IMG/VR virus record: IMGVR_UViG_3300010396_000011 | Location: 3,818-67,817 of that record | Source: a virus | Direction: 5' to 3' (one strand) | DNA length: 64,000 nucleotides | Shown here: positions 30,767 to 39,371 of the stretch, in pieces | Position numbering within the stretch: position 1 is the stretch's first letter | How the letters are laid out: each line of letters starts with the position of its first letter | Notes under the pieces: model-generated | Seen by the model: the letters and a program-made list of their open reading frames with translations, nothing else | Database searches by the model: none | Told to the model about the DNA's origin: nothing | Position numbers and translations under genes: made by a program

Positions 30767-31522
30767 ATGACACACGGAATACGAAACGCTGGCCCCGCAT
30801 CGTGGGCCGGAGCGGTTGCTATTCTTGCGGTCGGATGCTCCCTGACGCTCGCGGCACTCGATGGTCGCGCGTTCATCAAGGCGCAGAACGGCAAAGCGGA
30901 GCGGGCCGACGTGCAGTGGCAGGCGCTCGCGGATCGGCACGCACGGCAGATCGAACAGGATCTACGCCTCCGCGAAGACGCGGCGGTCTCCGGGATATCT
31001 GCCCTCCACGCCACCGTTGACGCGCAACTGACTGGATTTCGCTCCGATCTCACGCGCGAATCATCCGCCTACCGCGGCGCACTCCTGATCGCAGTTGGGA
31101 TGCTGGACCGGCGCATAGGGCAGGGTCTTCAGATCAGCGACGCGCAGTTGGCCGGATTTCGCGCGGATGTGAAACCCACACTCGTGAATGCAGCCGCGCT
31201 GGAAGCCACGTACACCGCCCTGCCGGATCGTCTCGCATACGCGAATCGCTGGCTGTGGGATTGTCACGAATTCTCAGGCTGTCTGCAATCTCAGACGCTG
31301 GCGCTGGTCGGCTCAACGCGCTACACCCTCGGGCGCGTGGCGAAAGCGTCGGACGCCTTCCCTGAGCTTGTGCAGGGTATCGGAGGCATGGCGGCAGACG
31401 GTCATGCGTGGACCCGCAAATACGTCATGCCGCACCCGATGAAGGTCGGGGACTACTTCAAGGCGGCCGGCAAGGCCACGCTCGGTGTCGGCACAGCGGC
31501 GTTGCGCGGCGGGGTGTTCTGA
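30767..31522 (+). CDS. Membrane-anchored helical protein (spanin-like?)
   Basis: N-terminal TM segment followed by a coiled region; 251 aa. Confidence 0.55.
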   Translation: MTHGIRNAGPASWAGAVAILAVGCSLTLAALDGRAFIKAQNGKAERADVQWQALADRHARQIEQDLRLREDAAVSGISALHATVDAQLTGFRSDLTRESSAYRGALLIAVGMLDRRIGQGLQISDAQLAGFRADVKPTLVNAAALEATYTALPDRLAYANRWLWDCHEFSGCLQSQTLALVGSTRYTLGRVAKASDAFPELVQGIGGMAADGHAWTRKYVMPHPMKVGDYFKAAGKATLGVGTAALRGGVF

Positions 31523-31732
31523 GTGTCCAACTACTGCCACATCCTCAACAAGCCGCCCGTAATCGCGACGAACTACCGCGAGCGGCAGGAAATCTGCGCA
31601 TCATGCGGGGCTGAATTCACGAAACGCGCGGGCAATCAGGTTCGCTGCAAATCATGCGCGGAGGCGCGGGCGGCGAAGCTGGCGAAGTCTGCCCTTCAGC
31701 GCTCGCGTGCGAAGAAATCACTTTCGAAGTAG
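31523..31732 (+). CDS. Small zinc-finger protein
   Basis: CASC...CKSC. Confidence 0.55.
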   Translation: MSNYCHILNKPPVIATNYRERQEICASCGAEFTKRAGNQVRCKSCAEARAAKLAKSALQRSRAKKSLSK

Positions 31733-31905
31733 CACCCCAAAGGAGAAGCACCATGGACCTATCGACACTCGCAAACGCGGCGGAATCGGCTCTTTCCACT
31801 TACGGTAATAGCCAAACCGCCGTCACCAATGACCAAGCAACCCCCGGCCCCTGTTCCCGCTGCCTAACCAACACCTCACTAAAACCGAAAAGGAGCTAAC
31901 CGACT

Positions 31906-32208
31906 ATGAACGTTATTGCAATCGCCTTACTCGCCATGGCCGCCGTCCAGCAGCAGCCCCAAAAACAGGCGGACGGCATAAAGCCGAAGATCCTCAGTAT
32001 CGAAATGGTGCCCAGCGACGCCGAACTTCTCCCTCCCGCCTGCAAAGACGTTGCCAGCGGAGGATATCTGCACTTGGACGAACTCACCCCTGAGCAAGTC
32101 GGGGAAAGCGTAATCGAGCTTTCCAAGAGTGGCGCGGAAATCAAGTTGTGGGGCGTCGTCAACAATCGGATCTTCGTATCCACCAGATGTCCGAAGCCGA
32201 CTAAATAG
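31906..32208 (+). CDS. Secreted hypothetical protein
   Basis: AGGAG RBS; hydrophobic N-terminus. Confidence 0.6.
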   Translation: MNVIAIALLAMAAVQQQPQKQADGIKPKILSIEMVPSDAELLPPACKDVASGGYLHLDELTPEQVGESVIELSKSGAEIKLWGVVNNRIFVSTRCPKPTK

Positions 32209-32252
32209 CCGAACCGCGCGGCGTGCTTCGGTGCGCCGCGCACCTCCACAAC

Positions 32253-33158
32253 ATGAAAAGAATACTGAGTATCGATGGCGGTGGAATTCGCGGCTCGCTC
32301 CCGGCATGCGCGCTGGTGGAGCTGGAACGGCAGACCGGAAAGCTCACGCGCGATTCGTTCGACTTCGTAGCGGGGACTTCAACGGGCGCGCTGATCGCCG
32401 CAGCTGTGGCGGCCGGTGTTCCGGCGACGCGCATCCTCGACATCTACCTGAAGCGCACTCCGGAGATATTCAACCACGGCATTGCAGAGGCTTGGGGATT
32501 GCGCCTCACGCGCGGATGGGCCTACGATCCCCGCAACATCGCGCGGGTGCTCGCGTCCGAATTCGGCGTCGCGGCGGACTGGTCGCTCAACGATTCGCCG
32601 ATTCGCATCCTGCTGACGGCGCGCGGGGTGGGGCAGCAGCCCTGGTACTTCGTTCAGGACCGGCCGCGAAACGCGAAGACGACCGGCAAGCTGCACATAA
32701 TCGATTGCGCGGTGGCGAGCGCGGCGGCGCCCACGTATTTCGCGCCGTGGTATGTTCCGCCTCTCGCGGGCTCGCTCGTGGGCTGGGCGTTCGACGGCGG
32801 TACAGGCGTCACCGGGAACCCCGTGTACCAGGCGTGCGTGGAGGCCTTCGAGTACGACGATTTCACGCCGGCCGATACGCGCGTCATCTCGCTCGGCACC
32901 GGCTTTCATCCCGGCGCCACGGTGAATCCACCGGAAGGACTGCTCGCAACGCTCTCCTGGACCATCGACTCGCTCACGAGCGCGCCGGAGGATCAGCAGA
33001 CGGAAATCGTGCAACGGCACTACCCCGGCATCATGCAGCGCTTCAACTGGCCACTGCCTGCGGCTGTGGATATGGCCGACGTGAGCGCGGTACCTGGGCT
33101 GGTGGATATTGGCCGGAAGGTCGCGGCCGAGATGGACTGGAATTCGATTCTGGAGTAA
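32253..33158 (+). CDS. Patatin-like phospholipase
   Basis: ILSIDGGGIRG, GTSTG (GxSxG), ASAAAPTYF and DGG motifs. Confidence 0.92.
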   Translation: MKRILSIDGGGIRGSLPACALVELERQTGKLTRDSFDFVAGTSTGALIAAAVAAGVPATRILDIYLKRTPEIFNHGIAEAWGLRLTRGWAYDPRNIARVLASEFGVAADWSLNDSPIRILLTARGVGQQPWYFVQDRPRNAKTTGKLHIIDCAVASAAAPTYFAPWYVPPLAGSLVGWAFDGGTGVTGNPVYQACVEAFEYDDFTPADTRVISLGTGFHPGATVNPPEGLLATLSWTIDSLTSAPEDQQTEIVQRHYPGIMQRFNWPLPAAVDMADVSAVPGLVDIGRKVAAEMDWNSILE

Positions 33159-33181
33159 TACCGCATCAAAAAGGAGCAACT

Positions 33182-33544
33182 ATGAAAGCATATACGCCCA
33201 CTTGGGATACGCCTGTCGGCATTCAGTTCAACGGTCAGCCGTCAGGAGTTTCCGTCAATCCGAAACTCTGCCTGACGCCCGAAAGCGCGGTTGAGCTTGC
33301 GGCTTTATTCCCGCAATACATCTCCGCAATCACGTTCGAGTTTCCTTCCTCGCTCGGCGGCGCGTTCTCGTTCGAAGCGAGCAGCAACGCACACGGCGGA
33401 AAGGTGCCGTGGTTTAACTATGTCAACGGCACGAAGGACAACGCGGCGAATGTCGCCGGGATCTTCGACCACGGGTTTCCGATTGTCAACGCTCTGCCTT
33501 GGGCTCTGATGCAGATTCAGGGCGTGATGGACGCCGGAGAGTAG
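33182..33544 (+). CDS. Hypothetical protein
   Basis: AAGGAG RBS, ATG 33182, 120 aa. Confidence 0.65.
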   Translation: MKAYTPTWDTPVGIQFNGQPSGVSVNPKLCLTPESAVELAALFPQYISAITFEFPSSLGGAFSFEASSNAHGGKVPWFNYVNGTKDNAANVAGIFDHGFPIVNALPWALMQIQGVMDAGE

Positions 33545-33548
33545 GATA

Positions 33549-33791
33549 ATGATGCGGCAGGCTCTAATCCTCGTGGTGGCGCTTGCCGCATCCGCCAAGG
33601 CCCCCTGGGAACTAGCCAACGGTTACGCCGTGGTCTACAACCAGTGGGCCGCGATGCGCAACGAGCGCGTGAACGATCCAGCGAAAGTCGGCACCGTATC
33701 AGCGAAAGAATTTCAACTTTGGCAGCGCGTGAAGTCCGCTAGGCGCGCATTCGAAGATGCCATCGACGCGGAATATCGCGGCGAACGGTAA
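33549..33791 (+). CDS. Small secreted protein
   Basis: Signal-like MMRQALILVVALAASA. Confidence 0.6.
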   Translation: MMRQALILVVALAASAKAPWELANGYAVVYNQWAAMRNERVNDPAKVGTVSAKEFQLWQRVKSARRAFEDAIDAEYRGER

Positions 33792-33830
33792 AACGTCCCG
33801 CAAGTAAACCAACCGCACAAAGGAGATGTC

Positions 33831-34352
33831 ATGCGAAAGCTCTCTGTAATCACCGCTCTGCTCACGCTCACCGCGCTTTCCGCCTTCGCGCAAAGTGCTC
33901 ATCCCTGCTCCGCGCACGATCAGTTCTGGGCGCACGTCTACAATCCGGAACGATTGACCGTTCAGGAGCCCTGCGTCTCCGTTACTGGCGTGATCGTGGA
34001 TGCGACCTCCGGCAAGCGCAAGGATGGCCAGCGGCACGAGAAAGACGGCGACAACCACGGTTGGCTGAAACTGGATCCTGGCCAGGCGAAGTACCTCAAC
34101 GCCGGGAACCGATCGCACGAGGGCGGCAATCTGGTATTTGAGGTGGCTTGCAAATACCCCGTCGGCCAATCCGATGCCGTTGCGGCGTGCGAGGGCTACG
34201 AAAGCCCGGTGCAGATACCGCCCGTCGGCACGCATGTACGGATCACCGGTAGTTGGGTACAGGACGATAACCACGCCCGGTGGCTTGAGGTGCATCCCGT
34301 TTTTCTAATCGAAGTGCTGGATGCGTCGGTATCGGCGATGCTCCGGAAGTAA
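33831..34352 (+). CDS. Secreted OB-fold-like protein
   Basis: Signal peptide; HVYNPERL, E.DGD.H..LKLD and W.EVHPV motifs. Confidence 0.7.
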   Translation: MRKLSVITALLTLTALSAFAQSAHPCSAHDQFWAHVYNPERLTVQEPCVSVTGVIVDATSGKRKDGQRHEKDGDNHGWLKLDPGQAKYLNAGNRSHEGGNLVFEVACKYPVGQSDAVAACEGYESPVQIPPVGTHVRITGSWVQDDNHARWLEVHPVFLIEVLDASVSAMLRK

Positions 34353-34393
34353 AAGCTACTTGGGAACCCGGTTGTGCATCGGTTCAACACGAT

Positions 34394-34714
34394 TTAACGC
34401 GAGTCGGGCCAGTAATGATTGCGAATAACCATTTCCATGCGCGCCTTGCCTGCGGGATTAGCGGAGTGGACTCTGACGCCACGTTCGGGCCATACTCCGT
34501 TTTCTTCCATCCAGCAGACCACGGTGTATCCGGTCTTTTCTTTGCTTGGCCGTCCGAGGGTCGATTCGATATCTAAGTCGTGGTCTAGGGACGCTTGGAT
34601 AACGGTCCCGGTTTGCAGCGCGGCTATGGCCTCATCTGCAGTCTTGGCCCAGTGCCACCCAATGCAACCGTGCGCGGCGGGATCGCGTATGTCGTCAAGC
34701 CAAAGCCTCATCAT
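34394..34714 (-). CDS. Stand-alone receiver-like domain (cyclic-phosphate-processing receiver family)
   Basis: LWLDDIRDP...EAI..L...SLDHDL...TGY.V..W...VHSANP.G..RM. Confidence 0.8.
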   Translation of the reverse strand: MMRLWLDDIRDPAAHGCIGWHWAKTADEAIAALQTGTVIQASLDHDLDIESTLGRPSKEKTGYTVVCWMEENGVWPERGVRVHSANPAGKARMEMVIRNHYWPDSR

Positions 34715-34739
34715 ATAACCCGTCTCCATTCTACATTTT

Positions 34740-35258
34740 ATGAAAACCAAACTCACGCTCCCATTCGCGCTCGCGCTCTCTGCGTTCGGGCAAACCGTTG
34801 ATACGCTCCCCGCGCACCTGATCGGCTTCGGCCCAACCTGGAATCGCGGTGCGAACAACCCGTACAGCGCCGATCTGAACTTCGCCGTCCGCGTCGGCAC
34901 CACGAAGTTCTACAGCTACACATCCGTCGCCACGCCGATCAGTTTCCAGATCGCTGGCCAGCCGGTGGCGTCCTCGATTACCACAGGTGGCGCGTATGTC
35001 GCTGTGCAATCCGCGAGCGGCGCCGTCTCGCTCGTATTCATCGCGCAGGCGGGATTTTCTTCGCTCCAGCAGACCAGCACGATCGCTCCGCAGTTCAGCG
35101 GATCCGTGGGAGTTGATTTCCGCATCGGCAAGAGTCCGGTGCATGTGATGCCGTTTGCCAAAGCGGCGAATGCCAGCACTTCCGCAACGAGCGGGGCTCT
35201 CGCGACGGCTGTTCTACAGCCCGGAATTCAGGTGCTATTCAGCTTCGGAGGGAAGTAA
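34740..35258 (+). CDS. Secreted, outer-membrane beta-barrel-like protein
   Basis: Signal peptide, alternating beta strands, ends GIQVLFSFGGK. Confidence 0.55.
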   Translation: MKTKLTLPFALALSAFGQTVDTLPAHLIGFGPTWNRGANNPYSADLNFAVRVGTTKFYSYTSVATPISFQIAGQPVASSITTGGAYVAVQSASGAVSLVFIAQAGFSSLQQTSTIAPQFSGSVGVDFRIGKSPVHVMPFAKAANASTSATSGALATAVLQPGIQVLFSFGGK

Positions 35259-35437
35259 TGCAAACCTTCAAGTCATTCCTCGAAAGCTCTGCGGGCGAAG
35301 TCCTCGTCGCCTTTGCCCTGATGGGCGCTGGAACCGCAATGTATCTCGGCAAGATCCCGAAGGCCGAAGACGCCATCGTTGCGGGTTTGACGCTCGTGAG
35401 CCGCGCCATGATCGGAGGTCGTAACAGTGCCCAATAG
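35258..35437 (+). CDS. Putative holin (59 aa, two hydrophobic segments)
   Basis: MQTFKSFLESSAGEVLVAFALMGAGTAMYLGKIPKAEDAIVAGLTLVSRAMIGGRNSAQ; overlaps the endolysin start. Confidence 0.6.
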   Translation: MQTFKSFLESSAGEVLVAFALMGAGTAMYLGKIPKAEDAIVAGLTLVSRAMIGGRNSAQ

Positions 35438-35906
35438 CGAACAACTCGCCTTCCTGAAAATGGCCGCGACAGCAGCCGCCAAGTGCGAGCAGGAAACCGG
35501 ATGCCCCGCTGAGCTATCCGTGGCGCAATGCGTCCTGGAAAGCGCGTGGGGAACACGCATGCCTGGGATGAACGCATTCGGCATCAAGGCGACCGATTCC
35601 CACGCCACTTACCAGCTCACCAAGGAATATCTCGACGGCCAGTGGCAGACGGTCCGCGCCGCCTTCGAAGCGTACGACACTCTCGCGGATTGCTTCATCG
35701 CTCACGCGCGGCTGATCCAGCGAGGCCGCTACACGGACGCGTGGCGCGACTATGAGCAGCGGTGCGACCTTGACGCCCTGGTCGACGGCATCGCGCACAT
35801 CTACGCGACCGATCCGAACTACGCAGCAATGGTAAAGCAGATCGCGCACGAGCCCGCGGTAGCGGCTGCGCTTTCCGCCGCTCGCAACCGGGTGAACGTC
35901 GCGTGA
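35427..35906 (+). CDS. Endolysin, glucosaminidase/FlgJ-like muramidase (GH73)
   Basis: AQCVLESAWG, NAFGIKA, T.EY..G, F.AY and YATDPNY motifs. Confidence 0.9.
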   Translation: MPNSEQLAFLKMAATAAAKCEQETGCPAELSVAQCVLESAWGTRMPGMNAFGIKATDSHATYQLTKEYLDGQWQTVRAAFEAYDTLADCFIAHARLIQRGRYTDAWRDYEQRCDLDALVDGIAHIYATDPNYAAMVKQIAHEPAVAAALSAARNRVNVA

Positions 35907-35963
35907 GCCTCTTCCGCCACAAGCAGTGTGACCGCTGCAAAACGAAGCGACCGGAGTCCGCCG

Positions 35964-36254
35964 ATGGAACAGAGCGAGAATAGCCGCCGCGATCGCGCTG
36001 GCATGGTAGCGTATGCCGCTGCAGCCGATCTCCTGGACGAACTCACGATCATCGTCACGGAGGTGGCCGATGCCCGCGGCGAGCTCATGGATGACGACTT
36101 GATGCAGCCGCGGCTTCGCAAGATCCATGCGGCCACGGAACGGCTGGCGTGCGTGGCATTGAGCCTTCAGGCATTCGCGAAGGTGCGCGGCGCCGGCGGG
36201 TACATCAGCGTGCATGACGGCCGGTCCCGCGTTTCGGTTGTCACTGGGTGCTGA
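35964..36254 (+). CDS. Degenerate HisKA/DHp-like protein lacking the phospho-His
   Basis: AAAADLLDELTII...LRKIHAATERLACVALSLQAFAK aligns by eye to AHDFNNLLTVI...LEEI..AAERA..LT.QLLAFSR. Confidence 0.55.
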   Translation: MEQSENSRRDRAGMVAYAAAADLLDELTIIVTEVADARGELMDDDLMQPRLRKIHAATERLACVALSLQAFAKVRGAGGYISVHDGRSRVSVVTGC

Positions 36255-36255
36255 T

Positions 36256-36417
36256 TCACGCCGCCAGCGCGAACGGCACTTCCTCTGCCTTCGCTATCAC
36301 GGCGCGCGCCCATTCCAGCATTAATCCCTGATACCGCTGCGGATCGCGCAGAATGATCCGTGCTGCCTGCTCGTTTTCGCGGGCGTAGCGCTCTGCCTTT
36401 TGTTGCGGGGTTTTCAT
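36256..36417 (-). CDS. Small hypothetical protein
   Basis: MKTPQQKAERYARENEQAARIILRDP...; 53 aa. Confidence 0.55.
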   Translation of the reverse strand: MKTPQQKAERYARENEQAARIILRDPQRYQGLMLEWARAVIAKAEEVPFALAA

Positions 36418-36694
36418 GCGGAGCGGGCATTCGCGGGAGCGTTTGCGAATGCCCACGGGTGCGACGGCTGACGCCTTAACCATACAGCGGGTAATATCTT
36501 AGAATCAAGATTATTTGATGCGGGGGTGGGCGTTTACGCTCACTTGTCCGGTTTACTGGGTGGAGGCGGCGCGGGCGGATGAGGAGACGCTGGCCTCAAC
36601 GTGTCCGGATGGGCGTCGCCGACGTGATCTCGCTTGAAGCGGTCAGGACGAGGCTCGGGCGGGCGTGGCGGAGGCTGGGGGTTCTTTTGTTTCC

Positions 36695-37240
36695 CTAGAA
36701 ATGCGTCCAGAGGTAATCGGGCGGAATGGCCTGGAGGGTTTTGGCGTCTTCGCGCGTGAACATTTCCGAATCCGGATCGAGCTCGTCCATTGATTCGATA
36801 CGCGTGTACGCCTCGTGCAGCATCTTGGCGTAGCCGAGGTGTTCCGGAAGCAGCCTGCCGGCGCGCTTCATCTCCGTGATCGCCAGTTCGATTTGGCCGA
36901 ACAGTTGAGAATACGCAAATCGCAGGTTGCGGAGATCGCGGATCTTTTCCGACAGACCGAAGTAAGGAACGGTCCCGGAGATGATTGCCGCGATTCCCGA
37001 CAGGATCGCTGCCGGATAGCTCGGGGCATCGGGAATGAGTAGAAGCGATAGGGTGCCCGTGGAACACAGGGCCGCGGCGACCAGTAGCGATCGGCTGCGA
37101 CTCTCGAACTTCTCCGCGCGACAGCCGTAATACCGCATGTTCACGTTTGCGAGACGGTACAGATTGAACAGTCGGCACAACTCGGTGTGATACGGGTCCG
37201 GCGTCGCGGCGGATACGAGGGCTTCTACTGCCGATTCCAT
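36695..37240 (-). CDS. Two-TM membrane protein (SLATT-like architecture)
   Basis: Helix-TM-TM-helix layout: YYGCRAEKFE..RSLLVAAAL / ILSGIAAIISG / ..LRFAYSQL..IE. Confidence 0.55.
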   Translation of the reverse strand: MESAVEALVSAATPDPYHTELCRLFNLYRLANVNMRYYGCRAEKFESRSRSLLVAAALCSTGTLSLLLIPDAPSYPAAILSGIAAIISGTVPYFGLSEKIRDLRNLRFAYSQLFGQIELAITEMKRAGRLLPEHLGYAKMLHEAYTRIESMDELDPDSEMFTREDAKTLQAIPPDYLWTHF

Positions 37241-37528
37241 AATGGTTGCCCATATTATCTCCTATTGCGAAGCTTAAGTCTCTGGTTTTCTACTTCGCCC
37301 CGCACGCGCGTTCCGCGTCCTCCACAGCGATCCCCTTCCGCACCTGGGACACCCTGCACTCGCAGAACGTCTTCGCGTCAGTTCGCGCACCGACAGGTTT
37401 AAGACTCGGTTGTCGATTTTGCGGTCATTTGTCAGCAAGCCGCGGTCATTTGCCCGCGAGTTGCGGCGGATTGCGGCGGTATGTCGCGTGTGCTAACATT
37501 TGCATGAGTCTAGTGCTTTAGCAAGATT

Positions 37529-37588
37529 GGCCCATCATGCCGGACTAATACACCCGGCGCGGAAACGCAGATGGGCCTTTCTCTTTTT
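37529..37588 (+). terminator. Three-way-junction hairpin followed by a U-tract (terminator or regulatory RNA)
   Basis: GGCCCATC/GATGGGCC stem encloses GCCGG/CCGGC and GCG-GAAA-CGC, then TTTCTCTTTTT. Confidence 0.55.
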
Positions 37589-37622
37589 CCTTGACAGGCC
37601 GCCAGTGTCGTTTGTTATCGTA

Positions 37623-37953
37623 GGGGCGTATTCGGCTAAAGCGCAGTCCATCACTAGGTAAGTCCCTAGTCGGTTGGTTCGCGGGACTCCTTACCCCGGT
37701 TCACCCGGCCCGATAAAACAACGGCCCGCAGCAGCAAGGATTACGGACATAGGCACCGATGAAGTTGAGCGCTTGTGAAATCCCAGGCAACGGGCAGGTA
37801 GTTGATCCTGCAATCGCGGCTACGTCCTGGTCTCCGGCGTTCGAAGCATACTAAGCTAGCGCTCAACTTCAAGAATCCTTAGGTTCTGTGCTGAAGAAAG
37901 TCTTTAAACCCCTAGCGCTATATAGAACGCCAAGGGAAGCCGCGCTATGCCCT
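37623..37953 (+). ncRNA. Candidate ~330-nt structured non-coding RNA of unknown family
   Basis: Largely ORF-free gap. Closing stem GGGGCGTA/TATGCCCT plus CGGCT/AGCCG; 14-bp perfect TGAAGTTGAGCGCT/AGCGCTCAACTTCA; nested AAGGATT/AATCCTT, CCAGG/CCTGG, GCAGG/CCTGC and ACTAGG/CCTAGT; TTGACA at 37591. Confidence 0.65.
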
Positions 37954-37973
37954 GACGTTCTGAGACGAGCGTT

Positions 37974-39107
37974 TCACTTTACGCTGACGCTGACATTAGC
38001 TTGGCTGGCGGCCCCGCCAATTATGACGGACACTTGTTCAGGGCCAGCCGTCAGCCCGAGCGGGATTGTCGCATTGACCTGTAGGACTCCAGCAATGAGC
38101 CCCGGAGCTTCCCCCGCGTAGGTCACAGTGGAAGGCTTGCCGCCAATGGTAACGGCTACAGGTAAAACCGGCCGCGGAATGTCACTCGCCGACCCGCATC
38201 CCTTCGCGCATGTTACGCCGCCGGACGTTCCAGCCGGGTATGTTTGCCCTTCGCCAGTGCCAAAAATCTGAATTACACTGCCGACCGTCGCCGGATTAGC
38301 AGAGGAATTCACGGTTCCATCTTGGTTCAGCGCAGCAGCTTGCCCTACTCCGTTACTAGCAGTGAAGATAGACGGCACCGCCTGCGTGATCTGAACATTT
38401 GGCGAAGTCGTCGTATACCATCCCCCGACGTAGCCGACCTGAAGGTACGCGTTGGTCCATTTGGACACCTCATACGGCACAACGGCGTTTACCTGCGTGT
38501 CGGTCGCATAAATCACGGTTCCGAAGTATTCAGCGAGCGCTCCATCGAAAAAGATCACTTCTGTGCTGGACGTCGCAGGCGGGAGTGTCCCCGGAGGTGG
38601 TCCGAGGTTCGTCCCGAATATCGAGATGATCTCTCCCGGTGATAGCGGACCAGCCGTGAAGCTGGCTGCGTTCACGATTGCCGTTACATGCGGTGGCGGA
38701 AGATTGGTTACAGGGGGCGCGAGGACCGTAATGGATACGGGGACCTTGAGTGCCGGCGCAAGTGGCGACACGACGCTAAGGTATCCCGTATACGTTCCGA
38801 GTGGCGCATTCGGAAACGAAAACTTTGCGCATACCTGCAACGGGGCGTTCAAAGCGTTCGACACGGGGACTCCTAGTTGTGGCTGAAGCCAAGTTCCTTG
38901 CGGCGACACTGCGATATAGGTAATGGATGAGTTTAGCGCCGCAACGCTCTCGCCATCGGACGACGTTACGTTTACGCACTGGTAGGGTGGCGTGGCACCA
39001 GGCGACGTCATCATGCTAATCGACGAAGGCGAAGCCGTCAGAGCGGCCTGCGCGTCCAGCCGGAAACTGGCTATCGCCAGTAGCCCAACAGATATGATTC
39101 CCCTCAC
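37974..39107 (-). CDS. Secreted protein with a Solibacter-type TIGR03437 C-terminal domain
   Basis: IVNAASF..GPLSPGEIISIFGTNLGP, QVNAVVPYE, PSIFT...GQAAALNQDG..NS..NPA, YAG.APGL.AGVLQVN. Confidence 0.9.
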   Translation of the reverse strand: MRGIISVGLLAIASFRLDAQAALTASPSSISMMTSPGATPPYQCVNVTSSDGESVAALNSSITYIAVSPQGTWLQPQLGVPVSNALNAPLQVCAKFSFPNAPLGTYTGYLSVVSPLAPALKVPVSITVLAPPVTNLPPPHVTAIVNAASFTAGPLSPGEIISIFGTNLGPPPGTLPPATSSTEVIFFDGALAEYFGTVIYATDTQVNAVVPYEVSKWTNAYLQVGYVGGWYTTTSPNVQITQAVPSIFTASNGVGQAAALNQDGTVNSSANPATVGSVIQIFGTGEGQTYPAGTSGGVTCAKGCGSASDIPRPVLPVAVTIGGKPSTVTYAGEAPGLIAGVLQVNATIPLGLTAGPEQVSVIIGGAASQANVSVSVK

Positions 39108-39110
39108 GCC

Positions 39111-39371
39111 TTACGCCTCCTTGGAATTATCCCGTCGTCGCACGATTCCCCGCTTCTCATCGAAGTAGTATTTTGCGCCGGAATCTACCGCCCCGCGCTC
39201 AAGCCGCACACGCAGCCTGCCAAGCACCTTGCGCTCTTCTCCTTGCGCGAACAGAACGGTGTCCTGAACTCGAATCGCCTCTTCGTAATCGTCGTCAGTG
39301 ATGACATCTTCAGGCAGTGGATCGCCGGTCATTGACAGCACGCGGGCGGGTGGCTTTCTTTCCGGATTCAT
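39111..39371 (-). CDS. Hypothetical protein co-transcribed with the repressor
   Basis: 86-aa ORF overlapping the repressor 3' end. Confidence 0.6.
   Translation of the reverse strand: MNPERKPPARVLSMTGDPLPEDVITDDDYEEAIRVQDTVLFAQGEERKVLGRLRVRLERGAVDSGAKYYFDEKRGIVRRRDNSKEA

Noticed and set aside
32129-33544. 471-aa ORF overlapping patatin
   Set aside because: The Arg-rich N-terminal part is an off-frame shadow. The real gene starts at 33182 with a strong RBS.
37623-37953. tmRNA, RNase P RNA or retron msr-msd as the identity of the structured RNA
   Set aside because: It has no T-arm/CCA end, no GAGGAAAGUCC motif, and there is no reverse transcriptase in the window.
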